NCBI GenBank assembly: GCA_963850905.1
Contig: CAWKMU010000004.1
Location: 288,001-352,000, forward strand
Origin: an uncultured Gemmatimonadales bacterium
Lineage (GTDB): Bacteria > Gemmatimonadota > Gemmatimonadetes > Gemmatimonadales > Gemmatimonadaceae
DNA: 64,000 bases
Direction: 5' to 3'
Below, piece after piece: positions 1-10,365 of the stretch. The notes under the pieces are model-generated. The model was not told the origin of the DNA. It made no database searches and saw only the letters and a program-made list of their open reading frames with translations. Each line of letters starts with the position of its first letter. The stretch's first letter is position 1. Made by a program: the position numbers and the translations under genes.

Positions 1-828
1 GGGATTGAACCAGTTCGCGGCGAGTACGAGTTGCCCCACGAGTTGCGTGGCCGCATCGAACCGGGCCACGTGCGCAAGCTCGTGGAGTAGCACGGCGCGC
101 CTGCGGGCATGCGACCAGGTCATGGCATCACTCGGCAACAGCAGGACCGGATAGATGACGCCCCACGTGACAGGAACCGTCGGCGATCGCGTCATGAGCA
201 GTGTGACTGGCCGCCGGATCCCGAGCTCCCGCGCCAAGTCACGCGCCAACATGACCCACTCCGAGTCGGCCACGGGCTCCGCGATGAGCGCTCGGCGCCA
301 CACAACGACCGTGCCCACGCCGAAGCGCAGGACGAGACACAGTGCCCCGGCGAGCCAGACGACCGCGACCACGAGCGGGAGGTCGATCGCTGCGCGAACG
401 GGGTGAGCCACCGCAGCTGACGTACGAACCCCTCGAGACTCGGGGATGACCGCGGGCCCACGCGCCGAATGAGACGGGGCGGGTTGCACGGGCGCACCCG
501 AAGACGCAGGCGCAATGACGGCGTCCGGGAGCCCGGGGCCCGTCGTGGTGCGCGCCATCGGCGCGACCGCGGGCAAGGAGACCGCGATCGCCGGTGTCAC
601 GCGCGAGAGCCACGGCAGCGCGGCAACCATCACAATCGCGACGGCCCAGACCGCATATCGAGTGGCCGCGGCGCGGTGGCGGAGCAACGCGGAGACGACC
701 CACGCCACGAGCAACACGACGGTGGCGCGCGCGGTATAGTCGACCAGGCCGACGAGCAGCGAGCGCGCCGCATGCTCTGGACGCAGCGTGCCAGTCGGGA
801 ACAGCGTGACGCCCAGTGCGTTCAGCAT
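1..828 (-). CDS. BlaR1/MecR1-like M56 family metallopeptidase (N-terminal part, runs off window start)
   Basis: Manual translation from ATG at 828: MLNALGVTLF...RATVVLLVAW...RAAATRYAVW...RRAVLLHELAHVARFD...WFNP. Has HExxH and WFNP motifs and follows a blaI-like gene. Confidence 0.9.
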   Translation of the reverse strand, partial: MLNALGVTLFPTGTLRPEHAARSLLVGLVDYTARATVVLLVAWVVSALLRHRAAATRYAVWAVAIVMVAALPWLSRVTPAIAVSLPAVAPMARTTTGPGLPDAVIAPASSGAPVQPAPSHSARGPAVIPESRGVRTSAAVAHPVRAAIDLPLVVAVVWLAGALCLVLRFGVGTVVVWRRALIAEPVADSEWVMLARDLARELGIRRPVTLLMTRSPTVPVTWGVIYPVLLLPSDAMTWSHARRRAVLLHELAHVARFDAATQLVGQLVLAANWFNP

Positions 829-829
829 G

Positions 830-1219
830 TCAGCGTCCCTCCTTCTTGGCCTGCTCGATCAAGGCGCCCAACCGAGCCGCCTCTTCGTCATCGAGGCTGT
901 CGCCTGACAGACGGATCAGCGCGGCCACGGCGTCCGCCGCCGACCCATCAAAGAACGTGTCCACGAGATGCCGCAGCGCTGACCGTCGAGCCGCCATCCG
1001 CGCTTGCACGGGCTCGTAAATGTACCGCGCCCCCTCGGACCGGTGACGGACGTGCCCCTTGCGCTCGAGGATCCGCAGCAGGGCCCGCACCGCGGAGTAG
1101 CTCGGTGCCTCCGCGATCCCCGCGCGCACCTCCGACGCCGTGGCCGACCGGCTCGCATGCAGGAAATCCATGATCTGCCGCTCACGCCGGCTCAGACTCG
1201 TCGATCCCCCTGCGACCAT
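830..1219 (-). CDS. BlaI/MecI/CopY family transcriptional repressor
   Basis: LSRRERQIMD...PSYSAVRALLRILERKGHV...LVDTFFDGS; adjacent to M56 gene. Confidence 0.93.
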   Translation of the reverse strand: MVAGGSTSLSRRERQIMDFLHASRSATASEVRAGIAEAPSYSAVRALLRILERKGHVRHRSEGARYIYEPVQARMAARRSALRHLVDTFFDGSAADAVAALIRLSGDSLDDEEAARLGALIEQAKKEGR

Positions 1220-1238
1220 CGCCCGCCCCCGAAGGAAG

Positions 1239-1273
1239 TGCTAAGAGCTTAGCACAGTGCTAAAATATTAGCA
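1239..1273. promoter_or_regulatory. Tandem palindromic operator (2x TGCTA-N6-TAGCA, 3 bp apart) upstream of blaI-1
   Basis: TGCTAAGAGCTTAGCA at 1239-1254 and TGCTAAAATATTAGCA at 1258-1273; same layout upstream of blaI-2. Confidence 0.8.
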
Positions 1274-1280
1274 AGGGGCT

Positions 1281-1390
1281 GGACGTTAGACGTTGGACGT
1301 TAGACGTTGGAGAAAAACCTCGAGGCCGAGCCACAGCTTGGCGTAGCCGGCCCTCGGGTTTGTTTTCTAACGTCCAACGTCCTACGTCCC
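1281..1390. repeat. Inverted-repeat element with (GACGTTR)n / (YAACGTC)n heptamer arms
   Basis: ggacgttagacgttggacgttagacgttgg...ctaacgtccaacgtcctacgtcc; core resembles the reverse complement of 45061-45202. Confidence 0.8.
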
Positions 1391-1395
1391 GCAGT

Positions 1396-3351
1396 TCAGG
1401 GCAGTACCTGTACCTGCACTCCACTCGCGTGTCCCTGGTCCGCCCATACGAACTCGGTGGCCTTCACGAAATCGCTCGAGTTTGCTTCGTAAATGTTCGG
1501 GACGTATCGCTGCGGATTGCGATCGAACGCTGGGAACCAGGTGCTCTGCACCTGCACCATCATCCGGTGGCCCTGCTTGAATGTGTGCAGCACATCCTGC
1601 AACCGGAACGACACATCCGTGACGGCGTTAGGCTGCATCGGGATGGGATGCGCGAACGAACGACGAAACCGCGCCCGCATGATTTCCCCTCGCACCAGTT
1701 GCTCGTAGCCGCCCATATGAATGTTCGTATCGGGGCGGAAGGGGAGATCGGGTTCATTCATCGGGTACACATCGATCAGCTTCACGACATAGTCGGCGTC
1801 GGTGCCGGTCGTGCTCACCTGCAGCTTGGCCGTTATCTCGCCGCCCAGGGTCACGTCATGGTCGAGCACCGGCGTCTCGAAGGTGAGCACATCGCCACGC
1901 GACCGATCGCAGCGCTGATCGTCGCTCATGTACTTCCAGAGCGTGAGCCCCTGGATCGTCGGCACAAGACAGCGACTCGGTACGGGCTTGGCCGGATCGC
2001 TGACGTACGCGAGCGACGCGTGGCTCTCGGTCGGGACCGTGGTCGACAGCGACCCATCGGCGTGCAGGTAGTACATGACGGTCTTGGCTTCCGGGGCTGG
2101 CCAGCGCGTGAACGACTGCCAGTCCTTCTTCCCGGTGTTGAACATGTACGCCTCGGGTAGCCCGGTATTGCCGTCGGCCGGCCCCTTGAGCCAGTGGTGG
2201 AAGTATGGCGTCTCCACGTCGCGCTGGTACTTCGTCTCCAGCGAGTCGCCGAAGTAGATGTCGCCGTGGAACGTGTGGCCGACGCGCAGCGCATGCCACC
2301 CGCCATGGCGGAACGGCCCCTCGACGATCGACACCTTCGCTTGAGGGTCGTACCTCTTCAAAGTCTTATAGACGGTGAGTGGCCCATACAGATCCTCGGC
2401 GTCGAACCAGCCACCCACTGCCATCACCGCGTGTTTGACGCCGCGGAGGTTGTCGGGCACGGCGCGGGTCGCCCACATCGAGTCATAGTTTGGGTGGTGC
2501 ACGATCTCTTCCCAGAAGAAGTTGTCCTTGTAATACCGCTCCGTCGTGGTCCTGAGCGGCCCCAACGACAACTGAAACGCGTAGTCATCCGGTAAGCCGA
2601 CGTCGGCGAGCATCTTCGACATCCACCAGTCTTTGGTCGTGGGTTCCGGATGCTGGATGCCAAAGACCGGATAGGCGTAGAAATACGCCTGTGTCAACGC
2701 GCCGTTATGGTGAAAATCCTCAAAGAAGAAGTCGGTCACCGGAGCCTGCGGCGACGAGACGACGAGCGCGGGATGACGGGACAACGCACCCATCGAGGTG
2801 AAGTATCCTGGGTAGCTGACACCGTACTGCCCGACCTTTCCACTGTTGTACCGCACATTTTTGACGAGCCAATCGATCGTGTCGTACGTGTCCGACGCCT
2901 CGTCGATTGCCTTCGGGTCGCGCGCCTTTACTGAATCCGGCACAAAGGGGCGCATGTTGACCCACGTCCCCTCGGACATGTAGCGACCGCGCACATCCTG
3001 GTACACGAAGATGTACTTGTCACGCATCATGAACGGGTTCGGACCGAGCTCGTGCGCATACTTATCCGGCCCGTACGGGGCGATCGAATAGCAGGTCCGC
3101 ATCATGACCATGGGATAGGTGCTCGACGACGACGCGTCCTTGGGCGTGTACACGATCGTGAAGAGCTTCACGCCATCCCGCATGGGAATTTGGTACTCGG
3201 CCTTGCTGAAGTTCTCGCGAACGAGAGCCGAGTCGCTCTCCTGCGCCCCGAGAACCGGCACCAGGATCGAGGATGCCACGCCGACCAGCGCAGCTGCCCG
3301 GAGATGTGCTCGGGACGTTGGAAAAAAAAGTCGGTGCTGGAGTCGGTGCAT
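1396..3351 (-). CDS. CocE/NonD family hydrolase (alpha-amino acid ester hydrolase-like), secreted
   Basis: IPMRDGVKL, QDVRGRYMSEG, GVSYPG nucleophile, GGWFDAEDLYG; start moved to ATG 3351, ahead of a signal-like segment. Confidence 0.92.
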   Translation of the reverse strand: MHRLQHRLFFPTSRAHLRAAALVGVASSILVPVLGAQESDSALVRENFSKAEYQIPMRDGVKLFTIVYTPKDASSSSTYPMVMMRTCYSIAPYGPDKYAHELGPNPFMMRDKYIFVYQDVRGRYMSEGTWVNMRPFVPDSVKARDPKAIDEASDTYDTIDWLVKNVRYNSGKVGQYGVSYPGYFTSMGALSRHPALVVSSPQAPVTDFFFEDFHHNGALTQAYFYAYPVFGIQHPEPTTKDWWMSKMLADVGLPDDYAFQLSLGPLRTTTERYYKDNFFWEEIVHHPNYDSMWATRAVPDNLRGVKHAVMAVGGWFDAEDLYGPLTVYKTLKRYDPQAKVSIVEGPFRHGGWHALRVGHTFHGDIYFGDSLETKYQRDVETPYFHHWLKGPADGNTGLPEAYMFNTGKKDWQSFTRWPAPEAKTVMYYLHADGSLSTTVPTESHASLAYVSDPAKPVPSRCLVPTIQGLTLWKYMSDDQRCDRSRGDVLTFETPVLDHDVTLGGEITAKLQVSTTGTDADYVVKLIDVYPMNEPDLPFRPDTNIHMGGYEQLVRGEIMRARFRRSFAHPIPMQPNAVTDVSFRLQDVLHTFKQGHRMMVQVQSTWFPAFDRNPQRYVPNIYEANSSDFVKATEFVWADQGHASGVQVQVLP

Positions 3352-3509
3352 GGCTGGGATGGATGAAAAGGGAAGATCCGAACCGAGTGTAACTTGGACC
3401 CTCGCCTCTGACACGTCGAGTCCGTGCATCCGACCGCGCCAATCGCAATGTAGCCCCGTGCACGCCTGCGCACGATATTCTCCGCGGACCAGAACAAGGA
3501 GAAACCGTC

Positions 3510-5322
3510 GTGAGCTCGCGCAGAGAGTTCTTCGTCCGTGCCCCCGCAGGTCTGCTGGCATTGAGCGCCGCGTGCAGCGGCCAGACGGAACAGCAGGCGA
3601 CGACCCCGGCATCCTCGCCTGCGACGCCCGGCGCGCCGCCGACGTTCGCGTCGGCGCCAGAAGTCGGCCCCGCCGTCTCGACGAGGACCTTCATCGAAGC
3701 GGAGAAGCTCGCCCAGGTATCGTTCACCGACCCCGAGCGGACCATGGCAGCCGACACCTGGCGGCGATCGATGGCTCCCTACCTCGAGCGACGCGTCGGG
3801 CCACGGAAGGTGGCGCTGGATGCGCCGGTCGCGCCTGCGACCGTTTGGAACCCTGTGCTCGGAGGCCAAACAATGGGTCCGACGCGGGACCGCTTCGTGC
3901 GCAGCACGACCGACCCGGGCCCACTGCCGGCCGCCGATGCCGACATTGCCTTCGCATCGGTCACGCAGCTGTCCCGATGGATCGAGCGGCGACAGCTCAC
4001 GTCCGAGCGCCTGACGAACATCTACCTGGATCGCCTACGGCGCTTCAATCCGCAGCTGCGCTGCGTGATCACGCTGACTCCGGACGTCGCTCTGACACAG
4101 GCCAAGGCCGCCGACCAGGAGATTGCCGCGGGTAAGTATCGTGGCCCTCTGCAGGGCATCCCGTGGGGTGGGAAGGACCTGCTCGACACGGCCGGCATCC
4201 CGACGACCTGGGGTGCGGAACCCTATCGCAACCGGGTGCCCACGAAGGACGCGGTCGTCGTGCAGCGCCTCCGCGATGCGGGCGCCGTTCTTGTTGCCAA
4301 GCTGAGCCTTGGCGCCCTGGCCCTCAACGACGTCTGGTTCGGCGGGCAGACGATGAATCCCTGGCTCCTCGAAGAGGGCGCCTCCGGATCGAGCGCGGGC
4401 CCCGCCGCCGCCACCGCGGCCGGGTTGGTCGGCTTCGCCGTCGGCAGTGAGACCGGCGGGAGCATCGTGGCGCCGGCCATGCGCTGCGGAGTCACGGGAC
4501 TCCGGCCAACGTTCGGCCGCGTGCCCCGCACCGGAGCAATGACGCTTTGCTGGTCGCTCGACAAGCTCGGGCCCATGACTCGCAGCGTCGAGGACGCAAT
4601 GCTCGTACTCCACGCGATCACCGGTCCGGACGGGGACGACGTCGCGTGCCTCCCAAGCCACCTGGACTTCGACGCAGCCGCCCCAGTGAAAGGCTTGCGA
4701 GTCGGATACTTCCCCGCGTGGATGCGCGAGGCGCCCGCGACAGAATGTCGATCGTGCCGCACTCGATACCGTTCGGCAGCTGGGCTTGGTGCCCGTCGAG
4801 GTGTCGATTCCCGACTGGCCCTACGACTCGCTCAATGTCGTGCTATTCGCCGAAGCCGCCGCGTCGTTCGAGGAGATGACGCTGAGTGATGAGCTCAGTC
4901 AGCTCCGCATGCAGGTGCCCGACGCATGGCCCAACCAGTTCCGGCAGGCGCGATTCCTCTCCGCGGTGGATTTCGTTCAAACCGATCGCTTCCGCCGCCG
5001 CGTCGCTGGCGAGATGGCGCGGGTCTTCTCCCAGGTCGATCTCCTGCTCGTCCCGTCGTTGCGGGACGAATTCCTCGTGATCACCAACTTCACCGGACAA
5101 CCGTCGCTCACGCTGCGCGCGGGCTTCGTCCAGGTGTCACAGGCGCGCAGTGACTGGGCCCCCGACCCCAAGAACCCACTCCCCACCTTCTCACCACCAC
5201 GGCGCGTCCCCCACGGCGTCACCCTGGTCGGGCGCCTCTTCAATGAGGGAACGATGGTCCGCGCCGGCGTCGCTATGGAACGGGCAATGAACGTCGTCCG
5301 GGAGCGGCCACCTGGGTTCTGA
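3510..5322 (+). CDS. Amidase signature family protein, predicted Tat lipoprotein; +1 frameshift at 4744-4745 (probable sequencing artefact)
   Basis: SRREFF...LSAAC, GPLQGIPWGGKD, SGSSAG, GSETGGSI; removing one A gives ATDVDRAALDTVRQLGLVPVEV and joins ORFs 3510-4889 and 4786-5322. Confidence 0.9.
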
Positions 5323-5327
5323 GAGGC

Positions 5328-5562
5328 CGGGTGACGGGTGACGGGTAACGGGCAACGCCCGTTATCGGATGGCCGGCCTGAAGGCCGCCCCTACATGTTG
5401 CTGCGGGCAGCACGAGGGTGGAATTCCTTCCACGAGCAAGCGATCACCGGATGGCTACGATGCACCTGTAGGGGTGGTCTTCAGGCCACCCCCTGTTCTC
5501 GGTATCGTCGTTACCCCTGACCCGTTCTCCGTTTACCCGTCACCCGTTACCCGTTACCCGTA
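5328..5562. repeat. Composite repeat: inverted pair of GTAG-type REP hairpins flanked by (CGGGTRA)n heptamer arrays
   Basis: ggccggcctgaaggccgcccctaca (5371-5395) and tgtaggggtggtcttcaggccacc (5467-5490); arms cgggtga/cgggtaa and tcacccg/ttacccg. Confidence 0.8.
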
Positions 5563-6131
5563 GCCCCGCCTGAACGCCAAGCCACGCCCTATACACCACC
5601 TCGTGCTTCGCCGCGCCCGGACCTAGCGTGCTCCCCATGAGTTCCAGACTGTCGACCTCGGCGACCGTGCGATCGGTGACGTCGCACGCCGCGCACTCGA
5701 GGTCCCGAAGCTGATCGGCCGACACTCGCTCGTCGAGCCGCGCAAGCGTGATGTGCGGAATGAAAGGGACGTCCCTCACCGGGTATCCCGAGGTCGCGGC
5801 ATGCCCGCGCGACCGACTCCGCTAGCTGCATCAGCGGTGGGCACTGCTCGACGCCGAGCCAGACGACCCGCGCACGCCGCCACATGGGAAACGCGCCCAC
5901 CCCCTGAACGACCAGCGACAATGGTGTGGACGCGGCAGCAATGGCGTCGAGCGCCGGCGCCAACGAAGGCACCAGCGATTCGGGTTGCTCGCCGAGGAAA
6001 GCGAGCGTGAGGTGCATTTGCCCCGCCGGAGCCCACCGCGCTCGCGGCGCGGCAGCGCGCAAGGGCGCCATCCCCTCCGCCCACCGGGTGCGTAGCTCCT
6101 CTGGAAAGTTCATCGCGATAAACAGACGCAT
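5540..6131 (-). CDS. thpR: RNA 2',3'-cyclic phosphodiesterase; frameshift at 5759-5760 (probable artefact)
   Basis: MRLFIA start and two HxT motifs (HLTLAFLG; FHPHITLAR after correction). Confidence 0.88.
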
Positions 6132-6237
6132 GGTCCCGACCTGTGCAGGCTAGCGTTCAAGCTATCAACCAGATCGAGCCCCCGGACATCCGGCGGCAGA
6201 CTATTCCATGCGCACGGGCTGTGCGATATACACAGGC

Positions 6238-7425
6238 ATGTTCCTAGACATCTCTCGCCTGCCGCTGTCGCCGCTCGCTACCTGGACCCAAGGCCTACCC
6301 GCTCAAGCTGCGCAAGCCGCGGGCGCCACGCAGACGGACACGTCGCAGCATCTGCCAGCCCTTCCCCCAATCGGGAAAGACGCTGCCGCGGTGCTGCAGG
6401 ATTCCTTGGCGGGCTTGCCGCAGCGGGCCGAGCGCTGGGTATCGGCCACCATCGGTGCCGCCGTTCGCCTTCTGCCGCGCCTTCTCCTCGCCCTCTTCGC
6501 GGCGGCCGTCATCATCGCGCTGACCATCTGGGTGCGCCGCATTGTCGTTCGGCGTGAAGGTCTCCAGGCAGTAACCAGACAGGGGTCGAAGGTGGGCCTC
6601 ACCGGGTTGCTCGCGGCCGGCGTGGTCGCCGCTGCCATCGCCGGAGCATCGACACTCGCGGCCGCGCTCCTCGTCTTTCTCATCTTTCAAGCCACCGCGG
6701 CGCTCGCGCAGTTGTTTGGTCAGCGGATCTTCCGCCGGTCCCGTGTCGGGCCAGCCGCGTCGGAGCTGCTGCTGGCGGTCGTGCGGACCGCATTGTTGGC
6801 GCTCGGGACAGCCGAAGCGTTGGCCACCATTGGGCTCAACCTCAGCGGGGTCTTCGCCGGTCTCGGGATCATCGGACTGGCGGTAGGCTTTGCCGCGCAG
6901 GACACGCTCGCCAACCTCATCGCAGGCTTCACGATCCTGTGGGATCGACCCATCGCGGTCGATGACTGGGTACAAGTCGGTGACGGGCCACCGGGACGCG
7001 TGCGACACCTGACGCTTCGGACGACGCGCATCGAAACGGTCGACCTCGGGATGCTCGTCGTTCCAAACAAGGACGTGACGGGTTCTCGACTCTACAACTA
7101 CACGATGCTGGATATCGGACGGCTGCGAATCAATGTGGGCGTCCCCACTGACGCGGACGTCGAGAAGGCACGGGGTACACTGCTCCGAGTCGCCACGGCC
7201 GACAGTCGGGTCGCAAATTCACCGCCCCCCGTCGTCAACGTCGTCGCGATCGGGGACGCAGCGATCACGCTCGAGTTGGTCGTGAACGCCTCGGAGCTCC
7301 ACGTGGTCCGTCCACTCCGCGCGACGTTGACTGAGCAGATCATCAGCGCCTTCCGAACGGATGGCGTGAAGGTGATGGAACCGCACCCGCCGCCCGAAGG
7401 GACACGCGGTCCCTGGACTGACTAG
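6238..7425 (+). CDS. Mechanosensitive ion channel, MscS family
   Basis: GLAVGFAAQDTLANLIAGF...DRPIAVDDWV...LRTTRI...VPN; several TM helices. Confidence 0.9.
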   Translation: MFLDISRLPLSPLATWTQGLPAQAAQAAGATQTDTSQHLPALPPIGKDAAAVLQDSLAGLPQRAERWVSATIGAAVRLLPRLLLALFAAAVIIALTIWVRRIVVRREGLQAVTRQGSKVGLTGLLAAGVVAAAIAGASTLAAALLVFLIFQATAALAQLFGQRIFRRSRVGPAASELLLAVVRTALLALGTAEALATIGLNLSGVFAGLGIIGLAVGFAAQDTLANLIAGFTILWDRPIAVDDWVQVGDGPPGRVRHLTLRTTRIETVDLGMLVVPNKDVTGSRLYNYTMLDIGRLRINVGVPTDADVEKARGTLLRVATADSRVANSPPPVVNVVAIGDAAITLELVVNASELHVVRPLRATLTEQIISAFRTDGVKVMEPHPPPEGTRGPWTD

Positions 7426-9516
7426 GGACTGCCTGGGCGCGGCCAGACCTCCTCAGCTGGATTGAGCGTGGGGAATTGGCTGTCGGGATCGATCTGCACC
7501 TTCGTCACGGATGGTGCAGCCGCGACGCGCACGGTGTGCCGTCGCGCGCCGGTCAACCAGAATGTCGACCGGAAGCTCCACGCGCTGGCTGCTGCCGTCG
7601 GCGCGGGTCACGAGTAAGGCCGCGGGCATCGGCGCGAGTCCGCGGTCCTCGACCGTGATGGCAGTCGAGTCGCCCTGCGACTGGACCGAGACGATCGCCT
7701 GATCGAGCGGCCACGGCTCGTAGAACCAGGTAGTCCAGAACCACGACAGGTCGCGATGGGCGACGTCACTCATGGTGTTGAAGAAGTCGTACGGGTACGG
7801 GTGCTTCCCAAGCCACCGGTGGCCGTACTCGCGATACGCGCGATGGAAGGTCTCCTCACCCAGCACGCCGCGAAGCGTCGCGAGCACCTGTGCGGTCTTG
7901 TCGTAGAACATCACGAAGTAGAGACTCTGCGGATAGAGGTCACCTGGCCACATGAGGAGCATGTCATTCCCCGCCCGAGCCGCGTCCAGATAGAGCTTGC
8001 GCTGACCGTGTTCCGAGTCGTTGAGCCGACCGCCGGTGCGCTGCTCGCCATAGATCGCCGCCATCGCCTGGGCCGCATCGAATTGCGTGAAGCCCTCATC
8101 CATCCAGGGGTACCGCGTCTCGTTTGAACCCACCTGCATTGGAAACCACATGTGGCCGGTCTCGTGCATGATGTCGCCGGCGAGCGAGAGCGTATCGGCC
8201 CAGGGCGAGATGAGCGTCATCATCGGGTATTCCATCCCGCCGGCGTCGAGCACGCCTTCCATCGAGGTCATCTGAGGCCAGGGATAGGCCCAGAGATAGC
8301 GGGACAGTTGCTCGATGGCATCACGCGTAAAGCGTGCGCCACCGAGTGCCCATGCGGCCGCGGGTTTGGAGATGCGGTACAGGCTATTGATGTCCACCGT
8401 GTCGTGAGACACCCCGGCCGACCCGGCCTCGCCAGTCGAGCCCACCAGCGCGCGGGTCGCCGCCCACACGTACTGGTCGCTCGTCCCCCACGCGAAGTCG
8501 CGCACGTTGTCGGCGACGAAGTGCCAGGTGGCTGTCGGCCCACCGCTCGCGAACGCGGCCGCCGCCGACGATCCAGGGTCCACCACGTGGACCACATGCC
8601 CGGTCCGCCTGGCCTCCGCGAGGCGCGAGCGCGCAGCGGGTGAGAGCACTTCGTCCGCGTTGCGAAGCGCGCCGGTCGCGCCGACGGACCAGCCATGCGG
8701 CACGGTGACCCGTACGTCATAGTCCGCCGGGTCCATGTAGAACTCCGCCTCCAACACGTACGGATCGGTCACCCACCCATTCACGTCGTCGTACACGGCA
8801 ATCTGTGGGTACCAGTAGCCCATGAAGTAGAGGTGATGCCCTTCCCGCCCCTGTCGGCCATCCGAGGGTGATGGCGGCGGCACGTACGACCACGCGAACT
8901 CGAGTCGGGTGCTGTCGTGCGGCACCAGCGGTCGCGCGAGGTCGATCCACATCACGGTGGCCTCGACCCGATAGCCGCTCGCCGGCGGCAGTCCCACACT
9001 CGCGGCGCTACCCTCCGCCGTCAGCGCTGACAACGGCCGACCATCCACCTTGACGGTCGTCAGCGTGACCCCGCCGGTGATCGGTGCTTCCTCGCGACGG
9101 GGGTTGCCCGCCGCGAAGGCGTTCTGTCGCAGATAGACCGCGATACGTCGGAGCGTGTCCGGTGAGTTGTTGAGATAGACGACGCGCTCATGACCAGATA
9201 CGCGATCGGTCACGACATTGAGCTGGGCATCGATGACGTACCGTGCGTGTTGCACCCAGTAGGCGGCCCCGGGATTGCCACTGCGCGTGCGCGTGCCACG
9301 ATCGACGGCACGAGTAAACCCCGGGATCTCGTACACTGGGCCCGGCACGGGCCGCCCACCCTCGGCGGTGACCGCCGGCGCGAGTGGAACTGATGGCCGT
9401 GTCTGGGCCATCGCGGGGCTCGCCATGAGGGCGCCGCCGACTAGGGAGACGGCGAGGGCATGTGTGCGACTCAGGGCGCGGTGGGTCTTCGGGTGGATGA
9501 GGTGCCAATCGCGCAT
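7422..9516 (-). CDS. M1 family aminopeptidase, secreted; frameshift at 7561-7562 (probable artefact)
   Basis: GGMEYP, HETGHMWFP, WMDEG; corrected C-terminus VDIWLTGARRH...IDPDSQFP...RPGSP* ends at 7422. Confidence 0.9.
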
Positions 9517-9628
9517 TCGGTGAGGTGAGTTGAGGGCAGCGGCTGCAAGGAAGCGCATAGAAGATGCTGCGAACGCCAGGAAAAAGCATCTCCGTAGAGC
9601 CTCGCTTGTCGAACTTGTCGAATATGAA

Positions 9629-9658
9629 AAGGGGGCGACGCGTTTTCGTCGCCCCCTT
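9629..9658 (-). terminator. Intrinsic terminator after the SPW gene
   Basis: Perfect stem aagggggcgacg / cgtcgccccctt with a short T run on the minus strand. Confidence 0.75.
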
Positions 9659-9671
9659 GGTTCCGTTCCCG

Positions 9672-9700
9672 CTCTCCTTTCTCCTCTCTCCTTTCTCCCG
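9672..9700. repeat. Short pyrimidine heptamer array (TCTCCTT-like)
   Basis: ctctcctttctcctctctcctttctcccg just past the SPW stop codon. Confidence 0.5.
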
Positions 9701-9721
9701 TCTACAGCCGCGGCGCGGCTG

Positions 9722-10111
9722 TCATCGGGCTCTGATGACAGTCGGTCGCGACGTACCAGTTCCCCACAAGCTCAGGACGAATACGCACACGCCGACGGCG
9801 AGGCTATTGATCAACCGGCCCTGGTTGCCGACGTAGCCGAAGATCCAGGGCGAGAAGAACGCCCAGAGCCCCAGGACCAGATCGAGCCAGCGGGCGGCCG
9901 GCAGCGTGACGCGATTGTTCAACCGGGCCGCCGCGAACAGTGCGATCAGAATGCCAACGACGACAGAGTTCCATGTGGCCCCGTTCGTTGAGTGTCCACC
10001 GCCATAGACCCAGGGTGAAACGACGTACCACAATCCTAGGATAAGGGTGAGTACGGCTGGCGCCCCACCCGCGCTCGATCCGTGCGGGTCCTGCTTGAAC
10101 GATGTGCTCAT
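9722..10111 (-). CDS. SPW repeat membrane protein
   Basis: Two repeats, LGLWYVVSPWVYG and LGLWAFFSPWIFG; SD GGAGGAG. Confidence 0.88.
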   Translation of the reverse strand: MSTSFKQDPHGSSAGGAPAVLTLILGLWYVVSPWVYGGGHSTNGATWNSVVVGILIALFAAARLNNRVTLPAARWLDLVLGLWAFFSPWIFGYVGNQGRLINSLAVGVCVFVLSLWGTGTSRPTVIRAR

Positions 10112-10161
10112 CCGCTCCTCCCCCGTGCCTCAGACACGGCGCATTGACACCTTTTCGGGGC

Positions 10162-10177
10162 GCAACGGGCGTGCCGG
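10162..10177 (-). promoter_or_regulatory. Putative sigma54 (-24/-12) promoter for the SPW gene
   Basis: Minus strand reads ccGGCACGcccgTTGC (GG-N10-GC), about 50 bp upstream of the ATG. Confidence 0.6.
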
Positions 10178-10254
10178 CAGACGGACACGACCGGGGATCG
10201 GGAGTTAGCGGATTGCAACACTGCGCGCTTCAACCCCGCAACTCCCGTCCGGCC

Positions 10255-10365
10255 TCACCAGTTCGGTCGAGCTACGGTGCCCGAATGACGTTGGGGCGCC
10301 AGCCCCGCCGCCGCCGCGGTCGGCTGCCTCGACATGATGGGGTCCTGCTGTTGCGGCGTGGTCAT
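10255..10365 (-). CDS. Putative 36-aa small protein
   Basis: GGAGGAGG SD just before ATG at 10365 and an upstream TATATT; MTTPQQQDPIMSRQPTAAAAGLAPQRHSGTVARPNW. Confidence 0.4.
   Translation of the reverse strand: MTTPQQQDPIMSRQPTAAAAGLAPQRHSGTVARPNW

Noticed and set aside
830..1219. Beta-lactam resistance operon
   Set aside because: No beta-lactamase or PBP2a gene nearby, and the complete M56 protein lacks a penicillin-binding domain.
1281..1390. Heptamer arrays as a CRISPR array
   Set aside because: Units are 7 bp with no unique spacers, and there are no cas genes in the window.
4741..4750. Programmed ribosomal frameshifting or phase variation at the split genes
   Set aside because: No slippery heptamers or long homopolymers, and unrelated genes share the same GAATG lesion.
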